64,000 bases of DNA, taken from Paramoeba atlantica (Eukaryota > Protista > Discosea). Positions 1 through 11,831 of this stretch are shown here, piece by piece. The notes beneath the pieces are model-generated. The model was not told the DNA's origin. It saw nothing but the letters and a program-made list of their open reading frames with translations, and did no database searches. The stretch's first letter is position 1, and each line of letters begins with the position of its first letter. Where the stretch lies: the NCBI GenBank assembly GCA_977017575.1, contig CDRNVI010000156.1, forward strand, positions 310,001 through 374,000, in the 5' to 3' direction. The position numbers and the translations under genes are program-made.

Positions 1-3000
1 GTTTGGCAAGCTTGAGGAACTCACAGAAATCTTTTTCCAAGAGAATCAACTTTCTCGTCTTCCAAAAAAGATTGGTTTTCACTTTTGATTTTGATTTTTT
101 TTTTTTTTGGAAATTTAAGAACCTAACGGTGGTTGAAAACAGGAAAATTGAAGAAACTGCGAAAACTATTTTTGGAATTTAACCAACTCATCTCGATCCC
201 AGACTCACTCGCTCACTTATCTAAATTGGTTTCACATTTTTCACATTTCTTCAGTCGAAAATTTCCAATTTGTTGAACAAATTGTTTCTCCTAGGTGGTT
301 TTAATGCTCCATAATAACAAATTTGATCGAATCCCACCAGTTTTATATGAAATGAAATCACTTCTTCGTTTTTCTTTAGATCACAACCCAATGGAATTTG
401 AATCTTCTGACACTCGGTAAGTCTCATTCACACTTTCTTCCATTTTTTTTTTGATCTTTCACCTTTTCACGAACTTTTGAATTCTAGGAGCAAATTAAAA
501 GATAGTACAAAAGCATTGGCTGTGATTTCCACACAACCACGAACTCCAATTGCATCAGAGTGTGGAAGTGTTCGAATTCATGCAAAGGATCGAGAATCTC
601 TGTATGAATCTTTCTTTGTCTCTTTTCGACCTTACCCTTACTCATTAAACGCGTGAACAATAGAAAATTGAATTCTTCAACACTTCCGGGAAGATTAAGA
701 GGACGAAGATCGTCAGTTGCGGATACAAGAGAGATTAATTTACCATCACCATCATCAAAAGCAAAACATTTGGGTGTTGAGCTAACAGCTTCGATGAATA
801 GCTCCTCGAGTGAGTCTATCCCTACAAGGTTCTCCCTTATTCTTATTTTCTTTCAATTATCGAACAACTTTAATGTTGTTACTTTCTTATTCTCTTTTAA
901 ACTTCCACTCATTGTTTTTTTTGTTTTAGCAAAAAACTTGCAAGAATGTCAACTTTTGCGTTATCCTCTTCTGAACCCCCAACAGGGGCTGCTCCTTCTT
1001 ATAGTAAATTCAAAGGTTTTTTCTCTTTTCTTTTTATCTACACCAAACGATCCAAACAATTGGATTAATTTAATTTTTATTCTTTTTTTTAGATGCGTTT
1101 GCAAGTTTTGTTGATCAACAAGATTTTTCGCAACCCCGAAAAAAACACCTGGAAAAACTCAGCGCACAAGAGAAATGGAGCCTCTTAAGCACTTACAAGG
1201 GTTCTTCTGTTGATCTTCTTCGTCTTGATAAGAAACCTGGTATCTTTTTTTCACACTTACTTTTTCTTTGTCCCTTTTATTGTAAAATTAATAACCATCT
1301 CCTTCCCTCTTTTTAACAACATCAAAAAATAGTGAAAGGAGAGAAACAAGAGAATCCATCAGACTTCATAAAGACCTTTGCAGCTCGGATCCCAACAGTG
1401 ATGGAATTAACACGTCTCAATGAGGCTATTCATAAAAGTAGTGATTTTGCAAAGTCCAATTTTGTGGATGCTGGTTTGTTTTGTTTTCTTTTCTTTTTTG
1501 TTGTGTTAAAAAAATGGCCCCATTAATTTCTTTTCATGTTTGTAAATAATACCTGTTTTTTAATTGAACGAAACAGGTGGTATGGTCGCTCTTACGAGTT
1601 TGTTAATTGGGACCAAAAAGAGTGTAATCAAGGTGAGCAATCAGGAAGCTGTTGCTGTTGAAACGCTCCAGATCATTTTGTATCTTTGTAACCTGAGTGT
1701 TAAATGGTTAATCACAACCACTGGTTTGTTTTTTCCTTTTTAACAAAAGACATTTTTTGTTGGAATGCTTCTCCTCACCTAGATTATTTTTTATCAACAG
1801 ACGCAATTTCTGCGATTGTAGGATGTCTCGATTATGGGGATCCAGAAATTAAGTCAATTGTTTTCAACATCTTAGAGATGGTCTGTTATATTCACTATGT
1901 CGGTCCATCCCTGATTCTTGAAGCCCTCACCGCTCGTGTAACGAAGATTGCTGCTCCTGAAGCGACTTCAAGCCCATCTCCCTCCCCCAAAACCAACCAA
2001 AAAGCTCCAAAAAAGAGAAAGTCTCGAAGATTGCTAAAGAATGCTGATTTGATTGACTGGGGGCAAGATTTTGAGAAAGGGGGTAAATCCAAGTCGAGTG
2101 GTTCTTTACTCCCAGTACCCAAAAAAGTTACAGTTAACACAAAGGAACGGTTTGTTCCTCTTGTTTCCCCTTTGTCGAGTGTGAGTATGAGCCCGGTCAA
2201 CAAGCGAAATTGTTTGTACATTATAAATTCGATCTTGGATTCGACTTCAGATTTGGAAGAGAGATTCCTTTTGAGGATGGAAGTAACAGCACTCGGGATA
2301 TCGAATCTTCTTCCTGATTTGCCTGATGAGTGTAGTGATCAGAGAGACCAATACGAGATTGATAATGTTCAAGATTACCAGGATATGTTCGACAAGTTTC
2401 CAAAGGATCATGTCAATGGTTTAATTGCAAAAGCTGGAGGAAACACCCTGGGTTCTTTGGGAGAAAATGATGGGAGCCGTTTGGATGTCCTTGTTTGTTT
2501 TCCTGAAACTTTTTCGAGGATTTGTACTGTCCCTTTTGATGCTGATAAAAATTGGGGAGATCATCGGTTTGATTCTTTTTTCTCGACCCAAAATAGGAAG
2601 TTTTTCCAAATAATGATCAATTTTTTTCTCACTGATAAAAAAAAAACAGAGATGCAGTTGGAGAAAAGATGGCAATTGAGCGGCGAAAAGAGTATGGACT
2701 TTATTATACAAATGATGGGGTAAAATTTTCCACTTTATTTTTGAGATTTAAAATGAACAAGTTTTCTCTGTTGTTTTTTTTTTTTTGATCTGACTGACAA
2801 AAAACAATCACCAGGAGAATTCAAACCCCAAAAAACTGGCACGAACCAACTCCAACTTTGCATGTGATCCTCTTTCTTCCCTCTTTGTCCTTCCACTTGA
2901 TCATTCTTGCTCTCCTCTTCCATTCTCCACTTCCACAATGTCTCGTCTCCAATGCCGACCAATGTATCTCTCCCTTTCCGTGACTCCCTATCATTCTGAC

Positions 3001-5988
3001 AAGATTGGGAAATCTGTAGAACTTCAGATTGATCCTCTCCTCGATTTGGATCAGTTAATGGCCACGGCGGTTGGGTTGATTGAAGCGGATATGAATTTGG
3101 ATTCGTGTGGTTTGTTTCTTGGGGATGATGAAAATGTAAGGTTATTATCTCAATCCAATTTCTTATTTTATCCAAAACAAAAATCGACTTTTTTAATATC
3201 ATGAGAAAAGAAAAAAGAAAAACAAAAGAAGACAAAGCAGATCTCTCTCAAACTCGACAACCTTCTCGCTTTGTGTATAAACTCACTTTTTCTTTTTCTT
3301 TATAGACCTCCATTGATTGGAGAATCGGATGGAAAATGGCTTATTCCAACTCATAAAGTGTTCGATGAACGAGCACTTTATTCTCTCTCAGAAAAAAAAC
3401 AAATTTTATATTTATGTGATAATCTCTTTTCGTTTAGTGTTCAGGTTTTTTGTTTTCCTTTTTTTTTTCTCCCTTCTCTTTTTTCTCTTGTTGTTCTCTT
3501 TCTAAAAAGAATATTCAAAATTAAATATTAAAATACACCTCCAGTTCCCTAATGAAAGTGTTCAACATTTCGACAACATCAACCTCTCTGTCTCAGGAGG
3601 ACAAGTTCTCGAGTATCTATTAAAAGGATATGGTAAAAAACTTGACGGCTACTCTCTTCTTCTTGAACTTCCACCTTCATCTTCTTCTAAATCCCCTTCC
3701 ACTTCTTCTCCTCTTGCTTCTTCTCCTTCAATGAGTTCGATTGTTCCGATCCGATGGATTGAAGGAAGTGATATAATGTCTTCTCTTTCTTTACCAGAGC
3801 ACCCCAAATTCCGTGTGGCTGTTCGACCTGTTCCAGTCCCAATTATCTTCCCAGGAAAAGGAGAAGCCGAATCCACACACATCGATCTTTCTTCTTCACT
3901 TTTCGAAATTGTGACAAACCTGTCAAACCGGTCACTCCTCCCATCAGCACAATTCGTCCCAAGTTTATTAGTTGGGGGGGAAACATCTGCTTTGTTGTTA
4001 GATCGACCACTTCGACCACAATTGACAGAGAGAAATTTGTCTTTGAGGGATATTACTATGGTTTTGAAGGAGGAGAGTGGGCCTCTCAGGGCTATTGATA
4101 TTGCTTCTGGGGATATGTGTTTGGTTGAGTGTTTGGAAGAAAATTCCCCTTGTCTTATGTATCCTGAAGAAGATGGTTTTTTTTTATTTTTTTTTTAATT
4201 TTTTTAATTTTATTTTTTATTTTATTTTTTATTTTATTTTTGTTTTTTGTTGTTTTTGTTGTTTTTTGTGTCGTCGAATCTAGTTTTTTTAACAAACATA
4301 AAATATGTAGATATGCCAGGAATGAATATCACTTTCAACGAAGACTCTGAGAATAGAGAGGTGGAAAGTGCCACATTCAAAAAAATCATACAAATCGTAA
4401 CATCAAAAAGAGCAATTGAACATAATTTTCAAGCTGTCTTTCTCTTTACATACAAGTATTTTTCGAGTGATGAGTTTTTGTTAAAGAAATTGATTGCAAG
4501 GTTCCCTTTATTGTCTTTTTTCTTTTCTTTTCTTTCTTTTTGATGAATGGATCATTAATTTTTTTCCTTTTCTTTTAACAAAATAGATTTGATGTTCCTG
4601 AAGAGGTTGAACCTAAACACGCAGCCTTTATTCGAACTCGTGTAGTTGTCTTTTTAAAACATTGGATGACTCAAGAGTGGCACAGTTTGTCTTTTTCTTT
4701 TTCTTTTTTTTTTTTTTTGATCAAATTGTTGATTTTATTTTATTTCTCTTTTAAAAAAAACCTTTTTTTTTTTTTTCAAAACAGCAACATTCAACGAACA
4801 CCTCAAAACACAAATTAAAGAATTCCTCTCAACCAAAGTCGAACAAACAAAAGGGCTCGAACAAATGGCAGCCTCCCTCGCAGCAATCACAAAAGAAAAC
4901 AAACAACCCCCATCACAATTTGGCAATCCCCCAAAACCCAAAATCCCAAAAAGCATTTCAGGACAACTAACACTTTTTGACATCGCACCTGTCGAAATTG
5001 CAAGACAATTAACACTCGAAACATTCAAATTGTATCAAAAATTGGAAAGAACAGAATTTTTTCATCAAAATTGGGCGTCTGAGAGTCGAAGACACCGAGC
5101 TCCGAATTTGATGGCCATTATCTCTTTTTTTAATCGTGTTTCGAAGTTGATTGCTTATAGTGTTTTGCATCTTGAGAAAGTCAGGGAGAGGGGGAAGATG
5201 TATTCTCTTTTGGTTGAAGTTGCTCAGGTTTTCTTTTTTTTTCTTTTTTCCTTTCTTCTCCCTTTTGAATTTATTACTTACCTACTCCACAGCATTTAAA
5301 AACATTCAACAATTTTCATCTGTTAGCTGCTTTTGTATCCGGACTTGGACATTGTGGTGTCTCTCGTTTGAAACACACAATTGCTCGAATTAAAAAACCA
5401 GACGCAATCAAATTAAAAGAATTAGAATCATTAATGAGTATGGAATCTTCATACAGGACCTATCGCCACCATCTTGATCAATCTGATTTACCTGCGATTC
5501 CTTACATGTAATTTTTGATTTTCTTTTCTTTTTTTGTTTTTGTTTTTGGGAAATTGGATTAGTTGTTCTTCTCATTCAAAAAGTTGGTGTTTTTGATGTG
5601 CCATTTACTCATCCAAAACTGTTTTTTTTGTTGTGCAGAGGGGTTTATTTGACAGACTTGACATTTATTGAAGATGGAAATCGGGACCTTTTGGGTCATA
5701 GTCGAATCAATTTTGCGAAATATCGATTTATCTACAATACTCTCAATGGTCTTGAACGATTTCAGGTTTGAATTCAAACGTTTTCTTTGTTGTTTTCTCT
5801 TTTCCCTTTTTATTGATTTTTTGTTCTTTCATAAAAAGACTGTCTGTTATTGTCTTGCGCCAGTGGAAGTTGTGAGTAAGTACTTGGTGGCCACACTCGA
5901 GTCTACAGATGCTGTGAGTGAAGATCATCTTTACGAGATGTCACTAAAAAGAGAACCCCGAGGTGCACAAAGAGGAGATATTTCATGA
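1..5988 (+). CDS. Multi-exon LRR + formin-type GBD/FH3 + REM + CDC25 RasGEF protein (5' end outside window; architecture like Dictyostelium RasGEF-L)
   Basis: Exons translate to LRRs (GKLKKLRKLFLEFNQLISIPDSL) and a GBD/FH3-like region (KSIVFNILEMVCY; CLYIINSILDSTSDLEERFLLRME). They continue into REM (SATFKKIIQIVT..FLFTYKYF) and CDC25 (EIARQLTL..FFNRVSK; LPAIPYIGVYLTDLTFIEDGN). TGA ends at 5988. Confidence 0.88.
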
Positions 5989-6253
5989 TAAAAAAAAATG
6001 AAAAAGATGTAAAAAAAAAAAGATAAAATAAATAAAAAAGAAAATAGAAAAAGAGGAAAAAAAGCAATATTTTGTACAATAATAATAAGGTTTTTATTAT
6101 TCAATCTCCAACGAACAGGGAGACAAGAGATGACACCACCTTCGTTCCAAAAGATAGGAGAGGAGGTCAAGGGAAGAGGAAGGGGGGAAAACAAGATTTA
6201 CAATCAACTTTTTCAGTTTCACAAAAAAACCAAGAAATGAAAAAAGAACAAGT

Positions 6254-7009
6254 TTAAAGCAAAGAACATCCTCCCCTTCGTTTTCCTTGAGAAAACAAGA
6301 CAGCTTTGACAGCCTCATCAAAAACTTGCTTGAGATTTTCACCAGTCTTTGCCGAACATTCAAGGTATTTTAATGCCTTAATCTTCTTTGCCAATTGATG
6401 TCCTTGTTCAGGAGTTGTAGGTTGTTGCCCTTGCTTTCTCAATTTCTCGAGAGCGCTCTCTTCTCCTCTCAAATCGATCTTTGTCCCAACAAGGATGGAT
6501 GGAACATCAGGACAAAAGTGGATGAGTTCTGGGATCCACTTGGAGGAGACGTTTTCGTATGAGACGGGATTGACAACGGAGAAACAAACCAAGAAAACGT
6601 TGGCGTTGGCGTAGCTGAGCGGGCGAAGACGATCATACTCTTCCTGACCAGCGGTATCCCTTTTTGAAAAAAAAAAAAAAGAATTGTTTAGTTTTGCTTA
6701 AACGTTCATCTTTTTTTGTTTCGAGAATTACAGAATTGAGTTCAAAAAACAAACTCTTTTGCCTTCTTTTGGAACAAAGAAGGAAGGAAAAAAAGAAGGA
6801 GAAAAGGAGAAAAGGAGAAAAGGAGAAAAGGTTTACCAAAGACCAAGTTCAATTGTGTCAGCTCCAGCGGTCAAATTCACCACGTAGTTATCAAAGACAG
6901 TGGGGATGTAATCCTCAGGAAATCGGTTGTTGGCATAAGAGATTAAAAGACAAGTTTTTCCGACAGCTCCATCACCAATAACAACCAACTTAATCCCTCT
7001 CGTGGCCAT
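6254..7009 (-). CDS. racC: Rac-family GTPase, RacC-like, 2 exons (7009-6837, 6659-6254), C-terminal CSLL
   Basis: [73 protein letters not shown] matches Dictyostelium RacC from memory. The intron is GT-AG and splits the Trp codon. CAAX box present. Confidence 0.93.
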
Positions 7010-7386
7010 CTTTATCACAAAACAAAAAAGAAAAAAGAAGAGAGAAAGAGCGATGAAGTGTGAAAACCAAAAAAAAAGCGTTGGCAAGAGGGACACACTC
7101 CCTCATGGTGTCTCGAATAATTTTATTTCTATGTGATTTTACAATGTTGAAAAATTTTAAAAAGACCCTCTAAAAATGAAAGGAATCTGAAAATTTGAAC
7201 TGTTCAGCGAATTTGGTTCCACTATCTCATTCTTTCTTTTTCAACTTCCAAATATAGAAATATTTGATTTTCTTTCATTTTTTGCTTTTTCCAAAAATAG
7301 AAATAAATAGTTGCGTTTTTTTTTTGGGTTTTTGGTTCATCCCAAACCACTGTTTTGTTTTTGTTGATAAATTATTGATTTTTTTT

Positions 7387-10300
7387 TCAAGGTTTCCTCT
7401 TCACTTCTTTCTTTGTTGAATTATCAAAGGAGGAACTCTGGATATTGAAATCCTCCCAAAACGGACTGACACTTCTTCCCTCATCACTTGCAAAACACAA
7501 CCCCACCGCCCCTCCTCCAGAAATCTGTCTTCGAACTCGATCAGCACTCAGTGGAGCTCTTTGGCTAAGATTTTGATTTTTGTTCAAACCCAAACCCAAA
7601 CCCAAACCCAAACCCAAACCAACCGCACCAGAAGAGATTTGGTTCCTTGTTGTTGAAGCAGCGGAGGACATTGGAGAAGGTCCTCCCACCACCAAGTCCT
7701 CAAATACTAAACCAACAGGCTGTCCTTCTATTTTCTGTTCTCCAAATTTGTCTGAAGGACTACTTGGAAACGTTCTTTTTTTTTGTTGTTCATCACTCAC
7801 AGCTTTCTTTCTCTGCAACCCCAACCCCAAACCAACCGCACCAGAAGAGATTTGGTTCCTTGTTGTTGAAGCAGCAGAGGACATCGGAGATGATCCTTCC
7901 ACCACCATGTCCTCAAATAATACCAAACCAACAGGCTGTCCTTCTATTTTCTGTTCTCCAATTTTATCTGAAGGACTCCCTGGAAACGATTTTTGTTGTT
8001 CATCGCTTACAATTTGCTTTCTCTGCAACCCCAAACCAACCGCACCAGAAGAGATTTGGTTCCTTGTTGTTGAAGCAGCAGAGGACACCGGAGATGGTCC
8101 TCCCACCACCAAGTCCTCAAATAATACCAAACCAACAGGCTGTCCTTCTATTTTCTGTTCTCCAATTTTGTCTGAAGGACTACTTGGAATTCTCTGCAAC
8201 CCCAAACCCAAACCAACCGCACCAGAAGAGATTTGGTTCCTTCTTGTTCTTGCTGCATCTGGCTCAGAGACCTTTCGTTCTTGAAAACTTGGAGTTTTTT
8301 GGTTAAAAATTAACCCAACAGGTTCTCCTGGATTAATCGTAGGGTCAGGAGTTGGAGGAACTAACTCACCTTCGAAAACAAAACTGTTTGAAGGATCTTT
8401 CACCAATCCTTGATTCTCCAAAGGAGGACTTTGGGCCGAATCTGAATGTTGAACTTGAGGATGAAGATCAAGGAAACCAACTGGTTTTCCTGCTGGCTTT
8501 CCCGGAGAATTGAGAACAACATCCGCTGAGGAATAGTCACCTTCCATCGATAAACGGGCAAATTCATCCATTTCGACAGTGTCTTGGGAAACAAGAAGAG
8601 AAGATTTTTGGATTCCTTCTCTGATCGGACTCAATTCGCCTTCTTTCTTTTTGCTCCCTCCTTGTTCGACACAATGGGGTCCGTCAAAAACCAAACGAAA
8701 ACCACCATCTTCACTTGCCGCGATTGCTGGTGAGAAAGAAGGAGAAAACGAAAAAGATTGCTCTTTTGATGGTTCCTCATCAAAAATCAATCCAACAGCT
8801 CCTTCTGAGATTAGGTTTCTTGTGGAAATCGCTGTTTGGGTTGTTGACTCTCTTTCCAATCGCTCTGCCTCAGGATCACCTTCGAATATAAAACATTCTG
8901 GATGTTGATCAGTTGTGATTAACGAAGGAGAGACAGGAACCCCTCGAAATAATTCACCATCCTCAGAAAATTCACTCGAGACAAATAAACCAACAGCACC
9001 TTCGGAGATTTGATTTCTTGTGGTCACAGCAGCGACACTTGACGATGATGGGGGAGATCGAGTCAACTCCGAGAATTCAGGACTTCGTAGGGAACCACTG
9101 TGCCATTTTTTTAATCAAAACATAATCAGGAGATCAAGACAAGCTCTCTCTCCCTCCCCCCTCAAAAATCAAAAATCAAAATCAAACCAAGGAGAAGCAA
9201 GGAAAAGATCTTCTGACAATTCAGTCACACGAGAAGTTGCAGGTACAACCCAAGAAGGGGGTTGGCAGTAAAATTGAACCTCAGAGAGAGAGAAACCTTC
9301 GTTCAGATCCAAATTTTTTGCAAAACATTTTGGCAGAAAAACTTCTGCAGGTCGGTTTGAAGAGAGGACACCCATTTCTATGTATGATGCTGAAAACAAA
9401 AATTTTGAATTCTTTCAAACCATAAAATAAAAAATAAAAATAAAAAGAAGAAAGAAAAAACAAAAAACCAGCAACAAGCTGCGAGCAAAACCAGCTATGT
9501 TTCTCGGAAGTAGAGGGAGGCTTTGTTTTTCCAACCCCAGCACGAAGAAACACCTGCATTTGCTTCTCGTAAGGCTCTCCTAGCACAGAACAAATGTGGT
9601 TGATTATCTTTAAATGGATCGTCGATTTGTAGTTCGATCTATCGAACAAGAGATGTCTTACACCGAGAATGCCACCTCCTTTGACAGTATTCACCAAGCG
9701 TCTGCGGAGGAAGGAGAGAGAGAAAGGGTCAAACAAATTTTTTGATTTTTTGGATGATAAGGAAAAAAGAAAGAGAGGACAAAAAAAAATAAAAAGGGGA
9801 GAGAAACCTTGAGTAATTGAGTATGACGCCCAGTTCTAGCAAAGCTTCTAACAAAAAAACTTCATCATCATGGATAAAAGCCATTGCAACGTGATCCCAC
9901 CGACTTGCTGTCAGGATGCTTGTTACCTTTGAGAGCTATTTAAAGGAATCTCTTGAGATCACTGAACCCTGAAAAAAAGAAAATAAAAATAAAAAAAGAG
10001 AATGAAGAACCATTCGATTTGTATCAAAAAGTAGGATGTCGCCTGTATTCAAACGGTGTGGGAAATTGGGAACTGGGTATCCGAGATGCGCTTGGAAACC
10101 TGCCGAACAATTATCAAAAAGAGATCATCACATCCTTGAAAACTGAACAGAGAACAAACCGTCCATTGGCAAAGAAGAAAACTGAGCTTGAAAACTCACA
10201 AGGTACTTAGTCGAAGCTTTTCGAGAAGGACGACAAAGGGAGAGACAATAAAGACGAGGTCGGTTGTCAATATCTTCCCATTTCAGTTCCACACTTCCCA

Positions 10301-11583
10301 AAAGCGAAGTAACACTAAAGAAAGATGAATAGACCTGCAAAAAAAAGTTGTTGTTGTTGTTGTTGTTGTCGTGTTAAAACCGCTGTAAAACAACACAGAA
10401 AAATAAGAAAGAAGAGAAGGAATAATATAAAAAGACTCACTTGGATATGGAAGGGATTGGTGGTATCAGTCACAACAAACGTACAGGGTTCATTCCATTC
10501 CCATTTTTGAGATCGGTTTCCGGTTTTGGTTGCATAAAAGGACCCATCACTTCCGTCACCCTGGATCACCACACAAACCATTTCATAAGGAGAAGGAGCC
10601 GAAGCGGAGATGATTAAAAGATCAAGATATCCATGAATTCTTATTTTCTTCGATAAAGAAGTCTTTTTCTTCTTTGAAGACGAAAACTTTTCCCGTAACC
10701 GAGAGAAATTAGGTGAAGTAACACTCGAAGGAGAGGAAGGACTTCTCGGAGAAGAAGGGCTGAGAGGTGGAGATAAAGAGAGAGAAGAACTCGCCACAGC
10801 ACTTGGTGGTCGTGGAGGTAAAAATGCTGGGGGACTGGTATTGAGGAAAGGGGGGGAACCAGAAGAAGGAGGAGAATTCGGAGGAGAACCGCTTGAGATG
10901 GCAGCTTTTGGTAGAGGAGAGATTGTTGTATGTCGGTGGATTGAGTTAGAATCAGTTGGTGTGGTTGATCGGGGTCGGTTCTTCTTTTGACGTTTTATCT
11001 GAAATGAAGAAGAGGAAGAGAATAATCGCTCAGCACCAAACTTCTTAGGTGTAGTTTGCCTTTCTTCCTTTTCTCCTTGATCATCAAGACAAAGTTCATC
11101 ATCTGTATCCGCTCCTCGAAGAGAATTTGGAGGAGATAAGGGAGACTGTTCTCCTTTAGGTGGAGAGAGTTGGTTTTGCGATGGAGGGAGCGCGAAAATG
11201 ACTTTCTTTGGAGAAAAACCAATTGGAGAAAGAGAGCTACCTTTACCTCCTCCGAAAGAAGATCCGTCTGAAGATGATCCCCCAGACTCTCTTGAGACTC
11301 TCTTCGTCAGGATGGAATTTGGAGAGAATTCACGTTCCCCACAACCTCTCTTTTTTTCCTTTTTCCTGTCTTTCTTTTTCTCTTTTTTCAAGAGTTTCTT
11401 CTTTTTCTTTTTGACCACTTTCTTTTGTTCTTTGAAATCAAAAACTTCTTTTTCATCTGGAGAACTCAACGCCTCCCTCTCTTCTCGTCGTTCGTCTTCC
11501 GGATGAATCGTATTTTGAGAACCCAAACTCTCTGACAGAGTCTCGCCGAACTTGAGGCTAAATGATTTTGAATTTCTTTCCAT
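7387..11583 (-). CDS. Ser/Pro-rich N-terminus + C2 domain + permuted papain-like (YaeF/YiiX, C92-type) domain + ~560-aa repetitive tail (paralog B)
   Basis: ATG at 11583. C2-like GYLDLLII..KWEWNEPCTFVV. LNTGDILLF, RWDHVAM (His), GEPYE and WFCSQLVA (Cys) lie across spliced exons. Terminal exon ORF 9066-7387. Confidence 0.75.
7600..8280. repeat. Coding tandem repeat, about 3.5 units of ~180-210 bp
   Basis: aaccaaccgcaccagaagagatttggttccttgttgttgaagcagc recurs near 7619, 7830, 8034 and 8210. It encodes STTRNQISSGAVGL..GEQKIEGQPVGLVLFED on the minus strand. Confidence 0.9.
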
Positions 11584-11831
11584 GATGAATTTAATTCATG
11601 ATCCTCAAACGCCCTCTCTCTCTTTCAAAAAGGGATCGACAATCCAAACAGGCGACCGACGATTTGGGGGGTGTTGTTGTGTGGTGGTGTGGTGGTTCGA
11701 AGCGAGAAAAATCAAAACAAAAAAAGATTTTTTTTGTTGTGGTTAGATTTAGATCTCTATTTTTTTATGAGAGCTTCTTTCTCTTTTTTCTGTTTGATCT
11801 TCACAAACACAAAAACAACAACAACAAATTA

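Noticed and set aside
7600-8280. CRISPR-like array
   Set aside because: Units are ~200 bp, preserve a reading frame and have no unique spacers; the context is eukaryotic with no cas genes.
7580-8306. Plus-strand ORFs of 234 and 219 aa
   Set aside because: They are antisense shadows of the repetitive minus-strand exon.
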